64,000 nucleotides of DNA from Eledone cirrhosa (Eukaryota): the NCBI GenBank assembly GCA_964016885.1, contig OZ024741.1:187054001-187118000 (forward strand), written 5' to 3'. Every line of letters begins with the position of its first letter. Positions within the stretch are counted from its first letter, which is position 1. Shown here piece by piece: positions 37,776 to 52,305 of the stretch. Made by a program: the position numbers and the translations under genes. Below the pieces are notes generated by a model. That model was given only the letters and a program-made list of their open reading frames with translations, was not told the origin of the DNA and did no database searches.

Positions 37776-40700
37776 CAGTTGCATTTATCTTGCTTTATGT
37801 TCATACGAGTTATCACCAAGTCACAACCAGTGACCTCAAGAGACAACAAGGTCCGCCATGTTCAAGAAAGAACATACACACACACATGCATCTTTAGGTG
37901 TTTAGACTTGTGATGTACTTATATTTGACAGAATCTTCCTTAGTATATGGGCAGTTCCCATTAGTATTATCTTTTATATTTCTCTTATACGCGGGTTTCC
38001 TGGGATTGGCGATAAGTAATCATTAGACCCCTTAGGTATTATTCCTAGAGCGCCTACAACCACTGGTATTGTTTTAGTTCTCAATTTCCACATTTTTCCA
38101 ATTTCTATCTCCAGGTCCTTATACTTGCTCAATTTTTCAAATGTTTTTATAGATACATTCTTGTCTATTGGAACGGACATATCAATTAGCAGGCTTATCC
38201 TCTTTTTAAAGTCCTTCAGTATTATATCAGGTCTATTTGTATCCATTTTTCGATCTGTTTGGATGCTAAAGTTCCACAAGATTGAGATGTGATATTTTTC
38301 AAGTACGGGAGGTGTTTGATGCTCGCACCAATTCTTTTGACGGGGCAGGTCAAAATGCTTACACATTATCCAATGTATGTATTGTGCAGCTCTGTCGTGC
38401 CTCTTTAGGTATTCAGTTGGAGCTATAGGACTGCACAGCGAAATTATATGATCAATGGTCTCTGGTTGTTTTTTACACACACGGCATAATGGGTTGCATC
38501 CATTTTTTATTATGTTGGCTTGATAATTTTTTTGTTGGCAAACACTGATCTTGTGCTGATATAATCAGTCCTTCAGTCTCCAGAGGATGCCAACCACTGA
38601 TGGGTTAAAGTTTTGTTAACATCAGGATTGTCAGCTCTTTCTGGGTATTTTCCATACAGAGGTTTTTCTTGCCATTTCTTAGCTAGTTTCTGTAGCAGTT
38701 CTTTCTTTGCAGTTACTCTTACCTGCCTTGCTTTTTCTGTGTTTTTTCATTTCAGCAGTAAATGGAACTTTTGAAATTTCTATTTCATTACTGTATCTTT
38801 GTGCATCTTTTGTAATGGAGTATGATCTTTTGATGCTTTCGTGTTTCAGAACGAGTGTGATCATCCAGTCATGTGATTCCCTTAGATATGTAGATAATCC
38901 AATTGTTGCAGTTTTCAACGCAATATCTAACTGGATTAACCCACGTCCTCCTTCTTTCCTAGGGAGATATATTCTATCTGTATCTGCCTTAGTGATGCAT
39001 TATGTGCATGGGTGAGAATTTTCTAATTTTTGTATCGAGCCTACGGATCTCTGTGCTTGACCAGTTGATGACATTGGAACTGATGACATTGTACTGGTAT
39101 GGCAAGCGTGTTTATGGCATCGATCCTGTTCCTTGCATTCAATTCCGTTCTTAAGATTGCTCTTACTCTGCGGTAACATTCCTCCCTTACCTTTCCCTCA
39201 TTGTCGAGTGCTTGATTCCGTCTCCTTCACAAACACCTAGATATTTGTAAGTTTCCTCTTGATCAAGTTCTCTTATCACATTCACAGTGGATAATAGCCC
39301 TTGCAATTGCTCATCATTTTTTACAAATAGGTTTAGGTCATCCATGTAGAACAAGTGATTAATGGTTTTGTCATAGACTTTATATCCATGTTTTGTTTCA
39401 TTGAGCATTTTACTTAATAGTATAAGTGCGATGCAGAATAAAAACGGTGATAAAGAGTCACACTGAAAAATTACACAATTGATATTAACTTCTCCAGCTT
39501 CCAGTGATTTTTTTTCACTATTCAAAAGGAGTGTCATTTTCCATGTCTTCATACTGAATGACAGGAACCTCCTGACAACGGAAGATATTTTGAAAATCTC
39601 TAAACATTTTTCAATCCAACTGTGTGACAAACTATCGAATGCTTTTTTATAATCTATCCAAGCAATTGATAGATTTTTGTGTCTATTATGACAATCTTCC
39701 CGTATCATTTTGTTAACCAAAAGCTGATCTTTACAGCCATATGAGCCTCGTTTACACCCTTTCTGCTCATTGGTAAATAGATCATTTGTTATCAGGTGAT
39801 CATATGTATATTCAGTTAGGACTGATGTTAAAATGTTATACATTGTGGTCAAGCAAGTTATCGGTCTGTAATTTTTGGGATTGTTTGTCACATCATTCTT
39901 CGGAATTAGGAATGTAATGCCAATAACTAGCCATGATGGTATCTTTTCTGGCTCCTTAACTATTTCATTGTAAAGTTGGGCTAACAGCTCATGAGACTCT
40001 GTGAAGACATTTATCAAAAAATGTATTTTGTCTTTTCCTGGGGATTTCCATTTGCTGGTTTTTCTAAGAGCCAAACGTAACTGTTCAACTGTTATATTTT
40101 CCCATGTGTGTTCCTCAAGGTGAGCTGTATCTTTCATTTGTCTGTCTATCCATGGGGCATGTATATTATGAACTTTTTCTTCGGTTCAGATCTTTTCCCA
40201 GAATTCTTGCACTTCCTCCTTGGGTGGTATTGATTTAGCAGTTATTGTTGTCTTGCCAATTTTTCTGTAGAAGTTTCTTTGGTTGTTTTTGAACATATTA
40301 TTGTCCTTATAGAATCTAGATCGTTTTTCAAAGCGCCTTATACGAGCAGCTTTGGCCGACACTTTTTGCTTGATTGTTTCCATCAGCATGTCTATGTCAC
40401 TTGTTGATTTTATGCTGTAATTTCTTTTCAATTTTCTAAGTTTAGTTTGTTTACCATGTTCATCTCCTTTGTAGTTTGTTAAAATTTCTATGTCAGATTG
40501 GAGAAGGTTTATTTAGTGATTGATGTTCTCTTGCCAAGTAGGTTTCTTGTGGGAATTCCTTTGTTTTTTCATTTTCACTCCACATAAGTGAGTAGTGACT
40601 TTAGCCGATGCATAATAGAGATGATTTAGATCAGTAATGTTTAGTTTCTTTGTGATGATAATGTTTTTGAGAAGTATGTTAGTCTTGTGTATTATCCCTT

Positions 40701-41160
40701 GGTTCTGTTTGGAGTTCTGAATCTTAGGGAGAGTGTTTCGTTCCCCCATGTCAGATTCTTTTATTTTCATCCATTCTATCATAATTTCATTCTTCAAGTT
40801 GGCGATTTCATTCCCATTCACTTCTTTATCAGTTACGATCTCATTGTCTTCATTTTGTGTACCATCTTGAGCATGCACTCCTTCCACTTTTTCGATCCTT
40901 TCTTTACTTTGTTCTGCTGTCAGTGATTCCGCCCCAACCCTGGGATTCAAAGTGTTACAATTTACCTCATTTTCACTGACACATGTTTCATTTTCCCTTC
41001 GCTGACTTTGTGCTAATTGCTTGATCTGATCAATTTCTGTATCAGTTAGTAACTTTTTCTTAACAATATTTCTTCGTATATTGGCTAGTTTGTTACTGTC
41101 AATATAGTCTCTTTTTTCGGGATGTTTTTTTCCAGTTGATATATATCTGTTCTGTATTCG
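37776..41160 (-). mobile_element. Near-complete, frameshifted R4/Dong-clade LINE family D
   Basis: N-terminal KLANIRRNI..KKLL; WKSPG.D, NYRPITCL, EQKGC, WIDYKKAFDS, IFQ.DSLSP, HLFYMDDL; C..C...HIIS.C, RHD, RPDI, IDMSVP, KLSKY.DL. Confidence 0.95.
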
Positions 41161-41169
41161 ATCTATTTG

Positions 41170-41900
41170 ATGGGTAGTACATGGCAGTGTAGAAAGCCTC
41201 AAGGACTTCTTTATTGTCTTCCCTTGACCAGTTTTCTCTCTTTTTCTTTGGATTTCTTGGTGGTGAGCATGGAGGGCCAACAGTAGGAGTATTCCGGTTA
41301 TGGGAGGTCTCCAGCTCCGAATTGATGGGATGGTTTGAACCATTAGCTTATTTTTCGACTCATGTCTGGTCAGGAAGAGCAGGCAATTTTCCTCTGTCTG
41401 GTGGCCGTTGCGAAAGAGGTTATATGGTGGACCAGATTGAAAGGACTGAAGACAGACACTTTTCTCTTCGGCCAATGCATCATCAACTTCTTCAAGTTTC
41501 ACCTGGAAAGAAAGGTGAGGGTGGAGAGTGAAGTGCTACTCGCGAGTACATTTGCTAAAAGGTGGATGAATGTGGCGAGAAAGGCCCGTGTGAATGGGCC
41601 TACTCTGACCATGCGCCTAGAGGCTAGCTAACTTGAGGAGAGGAGTGCTCTCCCCGGGTGCCCTAGAAACGCAGGGTGGTTCAGGATTGGTGGGGTACCT
41701 GAGTCACCCCTAGGTCGTCCCCCCTATAGGGGAATTTATTTTGTTATATTTATGCATAGTTTATTTTATATTTTTTATATCTTCATTGTTAAATTAGTCT
41801 TGCCATTGTTCACTTTTACTCGACCTTATTGTAAACCCCCACTATCCCTGTCTTTGCATTGTACCCTACATGTCGGCCCTTGTGGCTAATAAATGAAATC
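41170..41900 (+). mobile_element. Tx1/L1-clade LINE 3' fragment
   Basis: IFLCLVAVAKEVIWWTRLKGL...NFFKFHLERKVRVE...RVNGPTL. Ends CCCTTGTGGCTAATAAATGAAATC followed by (ATT)n. Confidence 0.88.
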
Positions 41901-41933
41901 ATTATTATTGTTATTGTTATTATTATTATTATT

Positions 41934-44611
41934 TTTCTTTGAGTCTCAGTCATTGATGTTATTTAACTGGAAAGTTTGTTGAAATGAATATCAAGCCGCT
42001 ACCTGCAGCCTCAGATATTCAGGACGTTTCGGTGGGTTCTTACTGTTCAAAGCAAGCATGCCTTTTGAAGTGTTCCATAAAGCGGGGCGGGACCAATTAT
42101 CTTTAACCATCCTTGGAAACTCTTTGAGATAGTACCTTGTGCGCCTATGACAATCGGGACCACTTTAACTTCATGGCAGTTCCAAATCCTTTTTATCTCC
42201 CACTTTAAGTCCTGGTATCGGTTAATTTTCTCCCTCTCCTTCTCATGCACTCTCGTGTCGAATGGGCAGGCTACATCCACAATCAGGCACGATCTTTTTT
42301 CCTTGTCCAAAACCACCAGGTCAGGTCTATTGTGTTCCAGTTTCTTGTCCCTCTGTATCCTAAAATCCCACAGCACCTTCACCTGATCGTTTTCTATCAC
42401 CGACTCTGGCTTATGCTCATACCACTTCTCAGAATGTGGTAAATTGTTTACTTTGCATAGGTGCCAGTTGATCACCCTGCCCATCACATCATGTCTCCAG
42501 CCCTTATAGTGAGTCTGGGCTAGGTGTTTACACTCGGATACAATGTGAGCCACGGTCTCCTCTCTCTCTCCACAGATCCTACACAGCGGGCTAGCCCCCG
42601 CCTTGTAAATATGGTGTTTCACCTATTTCGTTTTGGGGGCCTGCTCTTACGCAACCTTTAACATTCCTTCTGTAGCATTTTTACGGTCTCCTCTTTTCAA
42701 CCAGTTACATGTCTGTGGATCTCTCAGTTCAGTTTTCTCAAAGAAGGTACTATGAAGGGATTTTTCATGATGGTTGCTCTTCTCCTCGTTGTTATTTCCA
42801 CCTTGGACATCCCCTGATCTATTGTCCTCTCCTTCAGTACAATTCTGAGCATTGGCTCCCTACTATCGGTCACGTATTTGTGAAGGCTGTTTTTCTCCAT
42901 CTGGACACAGTCCTTTATGCTGATAAGACCTCTTCCACCTTCAGACCTTTTTAAGTAGAGTCTATCGACATCACTCCTCTTGTGGTACATGTTGTAGATA
43001 GTCAATAGCTTCCTAGTCTTCCTATCCATTTCTTTTTGTTCAACAACATTCCATCTCAGAATTCCCGCACTGTACCTATTAATAGACACAGCTCGGGAAT
43101 TTACTGCACTTATGGCATTCCTACTGTTGAGATGTGACTTTAATACGCTCCTTATTCTCCGAATGTATTCAGAACTTATCAATGCCTTCATTTTTTTGTT
43201 TTTGATGTCATCTGCCTCCAGAACACCTAAATATTTGTATCCTTCTTCAGTGTCAATTTCCTTTATCATCTCACCTGTTGGTACCTGGATTCCGTTGCTT
43301 CTGCTCAATTTACCCCTCTTCATCACAAGGACTCCACACTTACTAATACCAAATTGCATACATATATCATTACTGAAAATACGGACAGTGTCAACAAGCA
43401 CATCCAACTCCTCACTCTTCCCGAAGAGCTTGAGATCGTCCATGAAGAAGAGGTGATTGATGGTAAGCTCTCCCTTTCCCAACTTGTATCCTGCTCTCAC
43501 TTTTCGCAGTATAATGGTCAGGGGCATCAGGGCAAGGACAAACAAAAGAGAGGACAAACTATCTCCCTGGAAGATACCTCTCTTGATTTTCACGCCTCCC
43601 AAGGATTCTCCACCCGATGTTAATTCTGTTTTCCAGGACTTCATACTTTTGCTCAACAACTGTCTGATGTTATCTGCCACCTTGAAGATCTCTAGGCTTT
43701 TGGTGATCCAAGAATGAGATGCCATGTCGAATGCCTTTGTTGCAGTCTATCCATCCCATGGCAAGACCAGTGTGTCTCCTCTTGCAATTCCTCATTACCA
43801 TCTTATCAATATGTAACTGGTCCTTTGTACCACGGGACTTCTTTCAGCATCCTTTCTGTTCGTCCGGTAACAAGTTGTTTATGTCGAGGTGATGGTAGAT
43901 TTCCTCAGACACAATGCTTGTCAACAGTTTCCACATTACGGACAGACATGTGAAAGGTCTATAGTTGGTAACATCATTACCCTTGATTCGGTCTTTCATT
44001 ATCAGAACTGTGGTACCTTTTGTCAACCACCCTGGTACCTCACCTGACATCAAGCAGTCATTGAACATGGTTGTCAGTTTCGGGTGGAGGGATGTTACAT
44101 TTTTAATCCAATACTCCTGCACACCATCTGGGCCTGGTGATTTCCAGTTGGTTAGTTTTTTGGCCTGCCCCTTAAGAGTTTCAACTGTAATACTCAAATC
44201 AGTTTGTTGGTGTGCCTGTTCACTAATCTCCTTTTGTACTGTCTCAATCGACACTGCCTAGTCATTATGTTTAACAACTTGCTCCCATATTCCTCTCCAG
44301 AATGTCTTAGTTTGTTCCGCATCAGGGATCAAGTCATTGCCTCTTTCTTTCCCTTCAAGCTGTGCAAACAACATCTGGTTGTTGTCAAACATGCTGTTCT
44401 GTCTATACTGACTGACTCTGCACTCGTATCGCCTAATGTTTGCACTCTTTGCTACAATGCGTTGCTTCAGTTCCTCTATGATAATATTTAGCTTTTTCCT
44501 CCTAGTTTTGTACTTTATTTCCCGTCTATTTTTAGTGTCTATGTTTTTTAGTGTCCCATTCAGTAGGGACTCAAGCTTTCCAATGTCATTTCTCATTTCC
44601 CTGATTTGACC
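41934..44611 (-). mobile_element. R4/Dong-clade LINE family C, 5'-truncated
   Basis: ORFs 43844-44254, 42724-43725 (GIFQGDSLS, HLFFMDDLK, YKYLG) and 42047-42622 (CRICG, RHD, RPDL, VDVACP). Confidence 0.95.
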
Positions 44612-44639
44612 ATTATTATTATTATTATTATTATTATTA

Positions 44640-44995
44640 CAGTTGCATTTATCTTGCTTTATGTTCATACGAGTTATCACCAAGTCACAACCAGTGACCT
44701 CAAGAGACAACAAGGTCCGCCATGTTCAAGAAAGAACATACATATTCACACATGCATCTTTAGTGTTTAGACTTGTGATGTACTTATATTGACAGAATCT
44801 TCCTTAGTATATGGGCAGTTCCCATTAGTACTATCTTTTGTATTTCTCCTATACGCGGGTTTCCTGGGATTTGCGATATGTAATCATTAGACCCCTTAGG
44901 TATCATTCCCAGAGCGCCTACAACCACTGGTATTGTTTTAGTTCTCAATTTCCACATTTTTCCAATTTCTATCTCCAGGTCCTTATACTTGCTCA

Positions 44996-44996
<1 letters not shown>
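44640..44996 (-). mobile_element. R4/Dong family D short 3' fragment flanked by (ATT)n
   Basis: Near-identical to 37776-38132. Confidence 0.92.
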
Positions 44997-45048
<52 letters not shown>

Positions 45049-45049
<1 letters not shown>

Positions 45050-48000
45050 GGCTACCTACGTAGTAAATCGTATCATCGTGAGCTCCGCAAAGGTTTGTTA
45101 TTTTCAGTTGTTTAAAATTGCCATTTATGGAAAATTATTATTGTTAACTGTATATAAGTGCACATACATTGATTTCTGAAAAGGACAATGTATGTGCAGT
45201 TATAATAATGTATGTGCAGTTAACAATAATAATTGAGCCCAAAATTTAAACTTTTATAATTATCAAACAAAAGTTTTTCTTTGAAAAATCATGGACGACT
45301 CAGAGTCACACCTTCCTCACAAACTAACACCTCACACCGACACCACCATTGTAAATATTACTACGTTTGCCAACACTGAAAATATAAGCAGTAGCAATAT
45401 TTTAAATTTGTCTCAGGCAGACATTCATTTCCCGCCATTACCAATGACTGCGACAACAGAAACAAAAGAAAAAATAAATTAAATCGTGATATCGAAATGA
45501 ATTCAACCAAAATGAACTCTTCCACACCGAACACCACTGACGCCACCACCACCACAACTGAAACTAAAATTAACAATAACAAAAATAACGATAACAACAA
45601 CAGCAACAATGAAACTAAGAAAACCACCATGAGTTTTGCCAGAGTAGCAAAAGAGTGCGAAGCATTCCAGGTAACTCAGGAGGAATTAGAAGAAGCCAAA
45701 AAAATGGTAAAGAAAGATGGGTACAGGGTCAGCCTCCCCCCCCCCCCCCCCAACTAATAAAATGGAGCATCGGCGCCTATGCACCGTGTCTTATCGGACG
45801 ATTAACATAAAATCGTGCCGAGTGGAACGAGCAACAGAGTCCCAAATACAAAAAGCTTTGGGACATGTGTGGGCAAAAAAACCCCACATCAGACGTGGGC
45901 AGAAATATGGAACCGTGGACGTGTTCTTTGGAACACCACAGGAGGTCAGAGAACACTCCATGAGCCCATTAAGAAGTGACGACTTCACACTCATCCCAAG
46001 CTATTGTGTCCAGAGACTCGTGAAGATCAGGGTGACCCACGTTCCACCGGCCATCGAAATTCCCTTGCTAATGGCTGCCGTCCTCGCCGGCATCGAAGCC
46101 AACACCAAGATAATCGAAATAGCGAAAGAAAAGCAGGAGAACTCGTCCGGATCTGGGATGGAGCTCCTGATCCAAGCGGACCAAAAAAGCATTGAGGAGA
46201 TCCCAGAGGTAATAGACCTCACTGACGGCAGCCACCTCACCGTAATAGTCGAGGGCAGAAAGCCTAGGTGTGTCGTTTGTGGTGAAGGAACCCACCCAAG
46301 GGCTTTCTGCCCTCAGGCTAAAAGGTTGAGGCCACCTCTCTTACCCACCTCAGTGACTCAACCATCAACACCACCAGCAGCAGAGATGGCAGCAACAACT
46401 GTAGCAGCAACAACAGAAGCAACTGTAACAGCAACAACCCCAGCAACAGTAGCAAAACCAACACTCCCCCACACAACGCGCCTGAACTAGCACAAGCGAA
46501 TACACCATCCACCACGCCACAACCAAAACCAACGCCTGTGGAGGATTTTCCACTCCCCGGCCTATCACAACTGGAGACAGATTGTGACGACGAGGAATGG
46601 GACGGGATCTTAGATGCACGCTGGGACTGTGTGGGATTAGCGGATAGGGGAGGAGGGTGCAAGAGCTTCACCAACCTGCTCAGGCGTTTTGAACTGTCTG
46701 ACAGGTACCGATTGGATTTCCCGAATATGACAATGTGGACTTGGACAAACCGCATAGTGTCATCAAGATCATATCTAGATAGAGTATTTTGTAGGGAAAT
46801 AGATAGGTCGAGCATAGGCTGTCCACAATTCAAGATAGTCAGCTACACGGACCACAAATTCGTGATCTGTGTGCTTGACTTAGATAGGCTTCATAGACGA
46901 GGACCCGGCTACTGGAAACTAAACGTGTACTTACCAGCGCGCAAGGCCTACAGAGGCCGGATTAGCGAACTAGTTAAGCGGGCGTTGACGGAGGCCATCG
47001 TCAGCAACAAGTGGTGGTATGCTCTGAAAAGAGCGATTACAATAGAATCGATTAGGTTTAGTAAGACTTTAGCAATAGAGAAAAATAGAGCAAAGGGAGA
47101 ACTAGTTAGAAAATTAGACGAGGCGCTTAGCAAAGGCATCGCGACCGACGTACTTGCGGCGAAATTGGCCCTTGACCAATTTTTAAATGCAAAGCACGAA
47201 GCCTGCGTTGTCAGAGCTAGGTTGCGTGCTCTCAGACACGAGGGGACGAAAGCCGTTCAATGGGCCCGAGTGGCGGAGGCGCAATGTGGCAACAAAGCCA
47301 CGATCCGGTCTTTGGTGGACCACGACGTGCGCATGCTACTCGATCCCGGGCAAATGTGGGAAGCTTTTCAGTGACACTTCGCACAGCTGTTCGGGGGCAG
47401 CGGCGGACCAGATCGAGGGATGGACTTTAGTGTCTACCTCGACGGACTGCCGAAGCTCTCGGCCACTGAGGCGGAGTGTTGCGAAAAGCCGATGACAACC
47501 GCTGAAGTACGGGAGGCAATGACTGGCTGCACAAGGGGTAAATCGCCTGGTTTGGATGGTCTGCCTTATGAATTTACGTACAGATGCCAGACTTGTTCAG
47601 AGGCCTCTTGGCGGACGTCTACTGCAACTGGCAACAGAATGGGAGAATTCCCAGCTCTGTGAGCCGAGGAGCGGTGGCGCTGCTGAGAAAAGATCCGAAC
47701 AAGGGGGATAACATAGATAATTTCAGGCCCATAACTCTGCTAAACACAGAGTTCAAGATTTTGGCCAAGGTGCTAGCAAAGATGTTGGCGCTTGTCGTTG
47801 GTGGTCTGGTGGGAGAGGCGCAGACATGCGCCATTCCCAACAGATCCATCCACGACAACCTCCACCTCATGCGATACATCGTAGAGAGGGTAGCTAGGGA
47901 ACCTGGCACGGGTGAGTCCTTGATCAATTTAGATTAGTCAAAAGCTTTCGATAAGGTCGACCATCGTTACCTAGCGGCAGCCCTGAAGGCAACTGGCTTT

Positions 48001-49607
48001 GGGCCCGTCTTCAGAGGCTGGATCGCTGCCATGCATAGCGACATCTGCTCTGTGGAGAGAGTAAACGGTCACCTTTCGGAACCGTTCAATATCATGCGCT
48101 CGGTCCGCCAAGGATGTCCCCTGTCGTCCCTCTTGTACGTATTGACTCTCGAGCCATTACTGCACAAACTGGAGACGTTGAGGTGGATCCCGCGCAAACT
48201 AGGATGCGGAAGATCCGTGTCAGCATATGAGGACGATGTCACCGTAGTGGTGTCGAACGCCAAACACATCGAGGCGATCGGCACTACACTAAGAGAATAC
48301 GAAGCGGTGACAGGAGCAGTGATCAACCAGGAAAAGTCAGTGGGCCTGCAGCTCGGCACCTGGAGAGGCAGGTCCATGCCGTCCAACAGCGTCGTCGGGC
48401 GCTGGACGGACGGACCGGTTAAATTGCTAGGGGTCTGGTTCGGTCCGGACTTCCAGATGGACAAAAACTGGGACGAGGTGACGAGCAGGGTGGCTTCTCT
48501 CACCCAGAAATGGGCGGAGAGGAAGCTATCCCTGAAAGGTCGAGCGGAGGTGGCTAACGCGTACATTGCTTTTTGTGGAAGGGACGCGCTCCGATGGTCA
48601 GGCGGTCCATCTGTTGTCAACACCCGCTACGTGGAGGACTGGGCATGCCGTGGTTGATGATGCGCAGACACGCGCTCAAGCTACGACATCTCCACCTCTT
48701 CCTCGACGGTGATCAGGTGTGGTCGCCGTTTGCTGGACACGTCTTTCCCCAGCTCGTCTCCTTGACGGAGCTGCAGTCCTGGGTCAAGCGAAGACCGAGA
48801 GGGAGCGCTTGGAGACTAGAATGTCTTCAGGCGCTCACAGCCCTCGACCAATTGGGCAATGTGATCGGTGGAAACTCCACCTTGGCGTTCTATAGAGGAT
48901 TAGTGGAGGGGAAGAGCGACGACGTACTTGGAGAAACTATAGGCGTCGACGAAAATCAACTAGCCAATCTCTTCGGAAAGACTTTCGGGTCGGGGCCTAT
49001 GGACAACATCCAGAAATCCCTGACCTGGCAGTGCTACCGAGGAGCTTTGCCAGTTCGGGATAAACTCTACAGGCATGGAGGTGCCGTCAGCCGAGCATCT
49101 CCGAGATGCGCGCGGGGCAACGAAACCGTCCTTCACGCACTCGTCCAGTGTCCGAGCATTGCAGACTTTGAAGAGATAGTATGGTGGACGCGTTTGAAAG
49201 GGCTGAAGCCAGCACTTACCTCTTCAGTGATACCCTGATTAACTTTTTCAAATTTCATTTAAAAAGGAAAATCAGAGTAGAGAGGGAATTGCTCTCTGCC
49301 CAGCATTTTGTTGAAAGATGGGTGAGAGAGGCAAGATTGGCCCGTGTGAATGGGCCTACACTGAGTATGTGCCTGTAAATTGAAGGTGGAAAACTGGGAG
49401 AGGGCACTTGCGCTGGTGGTCATGGTCACCGTGGCTTTTTTTAATGGGCTTTTTCCACAATAGCCTTCGGAAGTCTCCCCCCGATTGGGGAATTTTTCAT
49501 TGTTTCTTTTTTTTTTTTACACGCATAAATGCCCATTTTTACCGCCCTGTATTGTCCTGTACTGCCCTTAATGTCTACTTTGTTTAAACCCTTGTGGTTA
49601 ATAAAGA

Positions 49608-49612
<5 letters not shown>
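45049..49612 (+). mobile_element. Near full-length Tx1/L1-clade LINE (ORF1 and ORF2), disrupted, with a deletion across the ORF1/APE junction
   Basis: ORF1 zinc knuckle CVVCGEGTHPRAFC. APE remnant TWT...SYLDR...TDH and GPGYWKLN. RT KSPGLDG, NFRPITLLN, LD..KAFD.VDH, VRQGCPLS, YEDD (from YADD). (ATT)n on both sides. Confidence 0.93.
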
Positions 49613-49655
<43 letters not shown>

Positions 49656-49658
<3 letters not shown>

Positions 49659-49823
49659 CGGTAGAGGGTTGGACGCCATGCTCTCTAGCATAGTTACATC
49701 CCTTTACGATGTGAGTTCAAATTCCGCCGAGGTTAACTTTGCCTTTCATCTTTACGGGGTCGATAAAATAAAGTACCAGTAATGTACTGGGTAATTGCTG
49801 GCCTTGTGCCTAAAGTAGAAACA

Positions 49824-49826
<3 letters not shown>
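49656..49826 (+). mobile_element. tRNA-derived SINE, 5'-clipped, within (ATT)n
   Basis: B box GAGTTCAAATTCC, family core and tail. Confidence 0.9.
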
Positions 49827-49859
<33 letters not shown>

Positions 49860-50183
49860 GTTTTTGTTGTGGTTGTTGTGGTTGTTGTTGTTGTTGAAAG
49901 AAATTTAATCCTAAGCTTTCTCAATCAAAGCTGGCCTACGGCGTTACAACACGACAACATAGTGAACAGCAACAATAATCATATACACAGACAGTTCTTT
50001 TGTAAATATGCAGACCGCAAACAACGTTCAACGCTTTAATAAACATACATATACATACAGCTTTCTCCTTGAGACATTCAACATGACATAGATTAAATTT
50101 CTGTTTCTGTTATCAACACCAGACAGTCTCGTATATTTTCAATGAATCATGTATTCCTCTCATTAAAAGATAAATATAAGAGT

Positions 50184-50253
<70 letters not shown>

Positions 50254-50804
50254 TCTTATATATAGAGAGATAGATATTCGTGTATGTGTGTGTGTATATG
50301 TGTGTGTGTATGTGCGTGTGTGCGTGTATGTTTCTGTATGCGTGTATTAGATGTTCAATTTGTAACTCACGTCTAGAGATGTCTTTATCAAACACTCACA
50401 AAACGCAACTATCGATAGAAGTCTTATATATGCAACTACAAAAGTGAAAACAAACGTCAGGGAGATGGAAGCGATGACAGTGGGAGTTCGGCTCTTCCGT
50501 GTTCGGACTCATTTATCAATTCTATGTTGATACTTAAATATCTGACGCCCATTTAAATATCTTCAGTAAATAAAAAGCAGTAAACTTCAGAAACTTTCAC
50601 TCTTTTCAGTCTAACCAGTTTTTAATGTAATGATGATAATAGACATGTCTTTTATACAATTAGATGTTAATAAACAACACATTTGTCTGGTCCTTGACAT
50701 CATACATGTCTCATATTTGTGGAATCATACATGTCTCAGATTTGTGGAATTTGCTGTATTTGTCTACAGATATACCTACGCTATGTTTGATTAAGTAAGA
50801 CTAT

Positions 50805-52305
50805 CACTGCGAACCAGGTGAGACATGTTTTGTTGAACCTTTAACTATTTCTTATGAAAATTGATATTTTGAATGTAATCGTAATGTTGTAATTGTGAGG
50901 TCACATGAGTGAAGGTTACTTTTTGTCAATCATGGTCTAAGAACTGTAGTAAAAGCTTCATGGTTTGTATGCTGTTTATGGAACTGTGCCATCACAAACC
51001 TGCATTAGCTTACTTTATAACTGTTGTTAAATCTGAGAATGCATTCCCCAGGTGGCAACTGGATTGAATATGCTTTCTATTTCAGAGATATTGTCAGTTA
51101 TGAGAGAAGAAAATGCAAAAATAGCTCTGATGTTTTCCGCTATATTGGTGGATGCTATACTTTACCTTGGCAGCGAAACAAAATCACAGATTACCTTACT
51201 TACTTTGACATAAACCTGAGTGTTCAAAATACAGTGTGGGTACCTCATATAGCTGCTTGGGTCAAGTTTAAGAGAATAGAACCTGTTTGCACTGGGAACC
51301 AAATTCACAATTTATAGACATCGAGAGAATAATTTTTTTCCATTCTTCAGAATGGATGATGTTTTGTTTATTGCAATGATGTTAAACGCTTCATGGCTAC
51401 TACGAAATGTGAATACAATCCAGAAGATTGCAGGCTTTTCATAGACAACTCAAAAGCTAGTCTTAAGTGTATCTTGCTACATTATTGCAATGTGTTTGTT
51501 TCTATACCGATTGGATATTCTGTAACGCTAAAAGAATACTACGGGTGTATGAAAATAGTGCTTGAAAAGATGCGGTATAAGGAGCACAACTAGATTAACC
51601 AAATGACTTGAAAGTCATTGGATTGCTTCTTGATCTAGAAGACGGTCATACCAAGTACCTTTATTTTTTCTGTTTTTGGGAGAGTCGAGCAAAAAGTGAC
51701 CATAGCAGACGAATGACAGAACCAAACAGAAAGCAGTTCAAAATTGGAAACAAGATGTCTTTAAAAGGCCGCTGGTTAACCGTGAAGGTTTTTGTCACCC
51801 CCACTAACATTGCTTACCAAGTATTGGTTGATGAAGCAGTTTGTAAGAGCATTAGACCAGGATGTTGCAATGAGTGGTGAGCAAGGAGAAAGATTCCAAG
51901 ACATGAAGACCATGGTGTTTAGGTATCAAAGCAGGTGGAACATAAACCTGATGGCTGATTAATGTGATGCAAGTTATTCATGCAAACCAATGACGAGAAG
52001 GTTCCTTCCTTGAGTACCTGAAACTCCCGCTTGGTTGGAATATTTATCCTAAGATGTGTAATTAAAGATTTGTGTAATATATTCGTTAAACAATAAACTA
52101 TTCGATGTGTGTTAATTTCTTATTTCTGTATTGCATTTACTGGTGAAATTGACATTTTTTGGTAAGAAATGAATTCCTGTTTAAGAAATAAACTTGACGT
52201 GATAGAAACATTCTGGGGTCATTTCTGAACTTAGAACCATTAAATTAGGTGGGGAAATCGTAAAAGGCAAGACAACGAAAAGTATTTTCGAAAATGTTCC
52301 CAGTG
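50805..52305 (+). mobile_element. Chapaev3-like (CMC group) DNA transposon, decayed
   Basis: TIRs CACTGCGAAC / GTTCCCAGTG match 9 of 10. Transposase remnants CKNSSDVF.YI.G, RLFID.SK.SLK.ILLH, LKVIGLLL...G.TKY..FFC.W.SR, LMKQFV, EQGERFQ...RYQ.RW. Confidence 0.75.
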
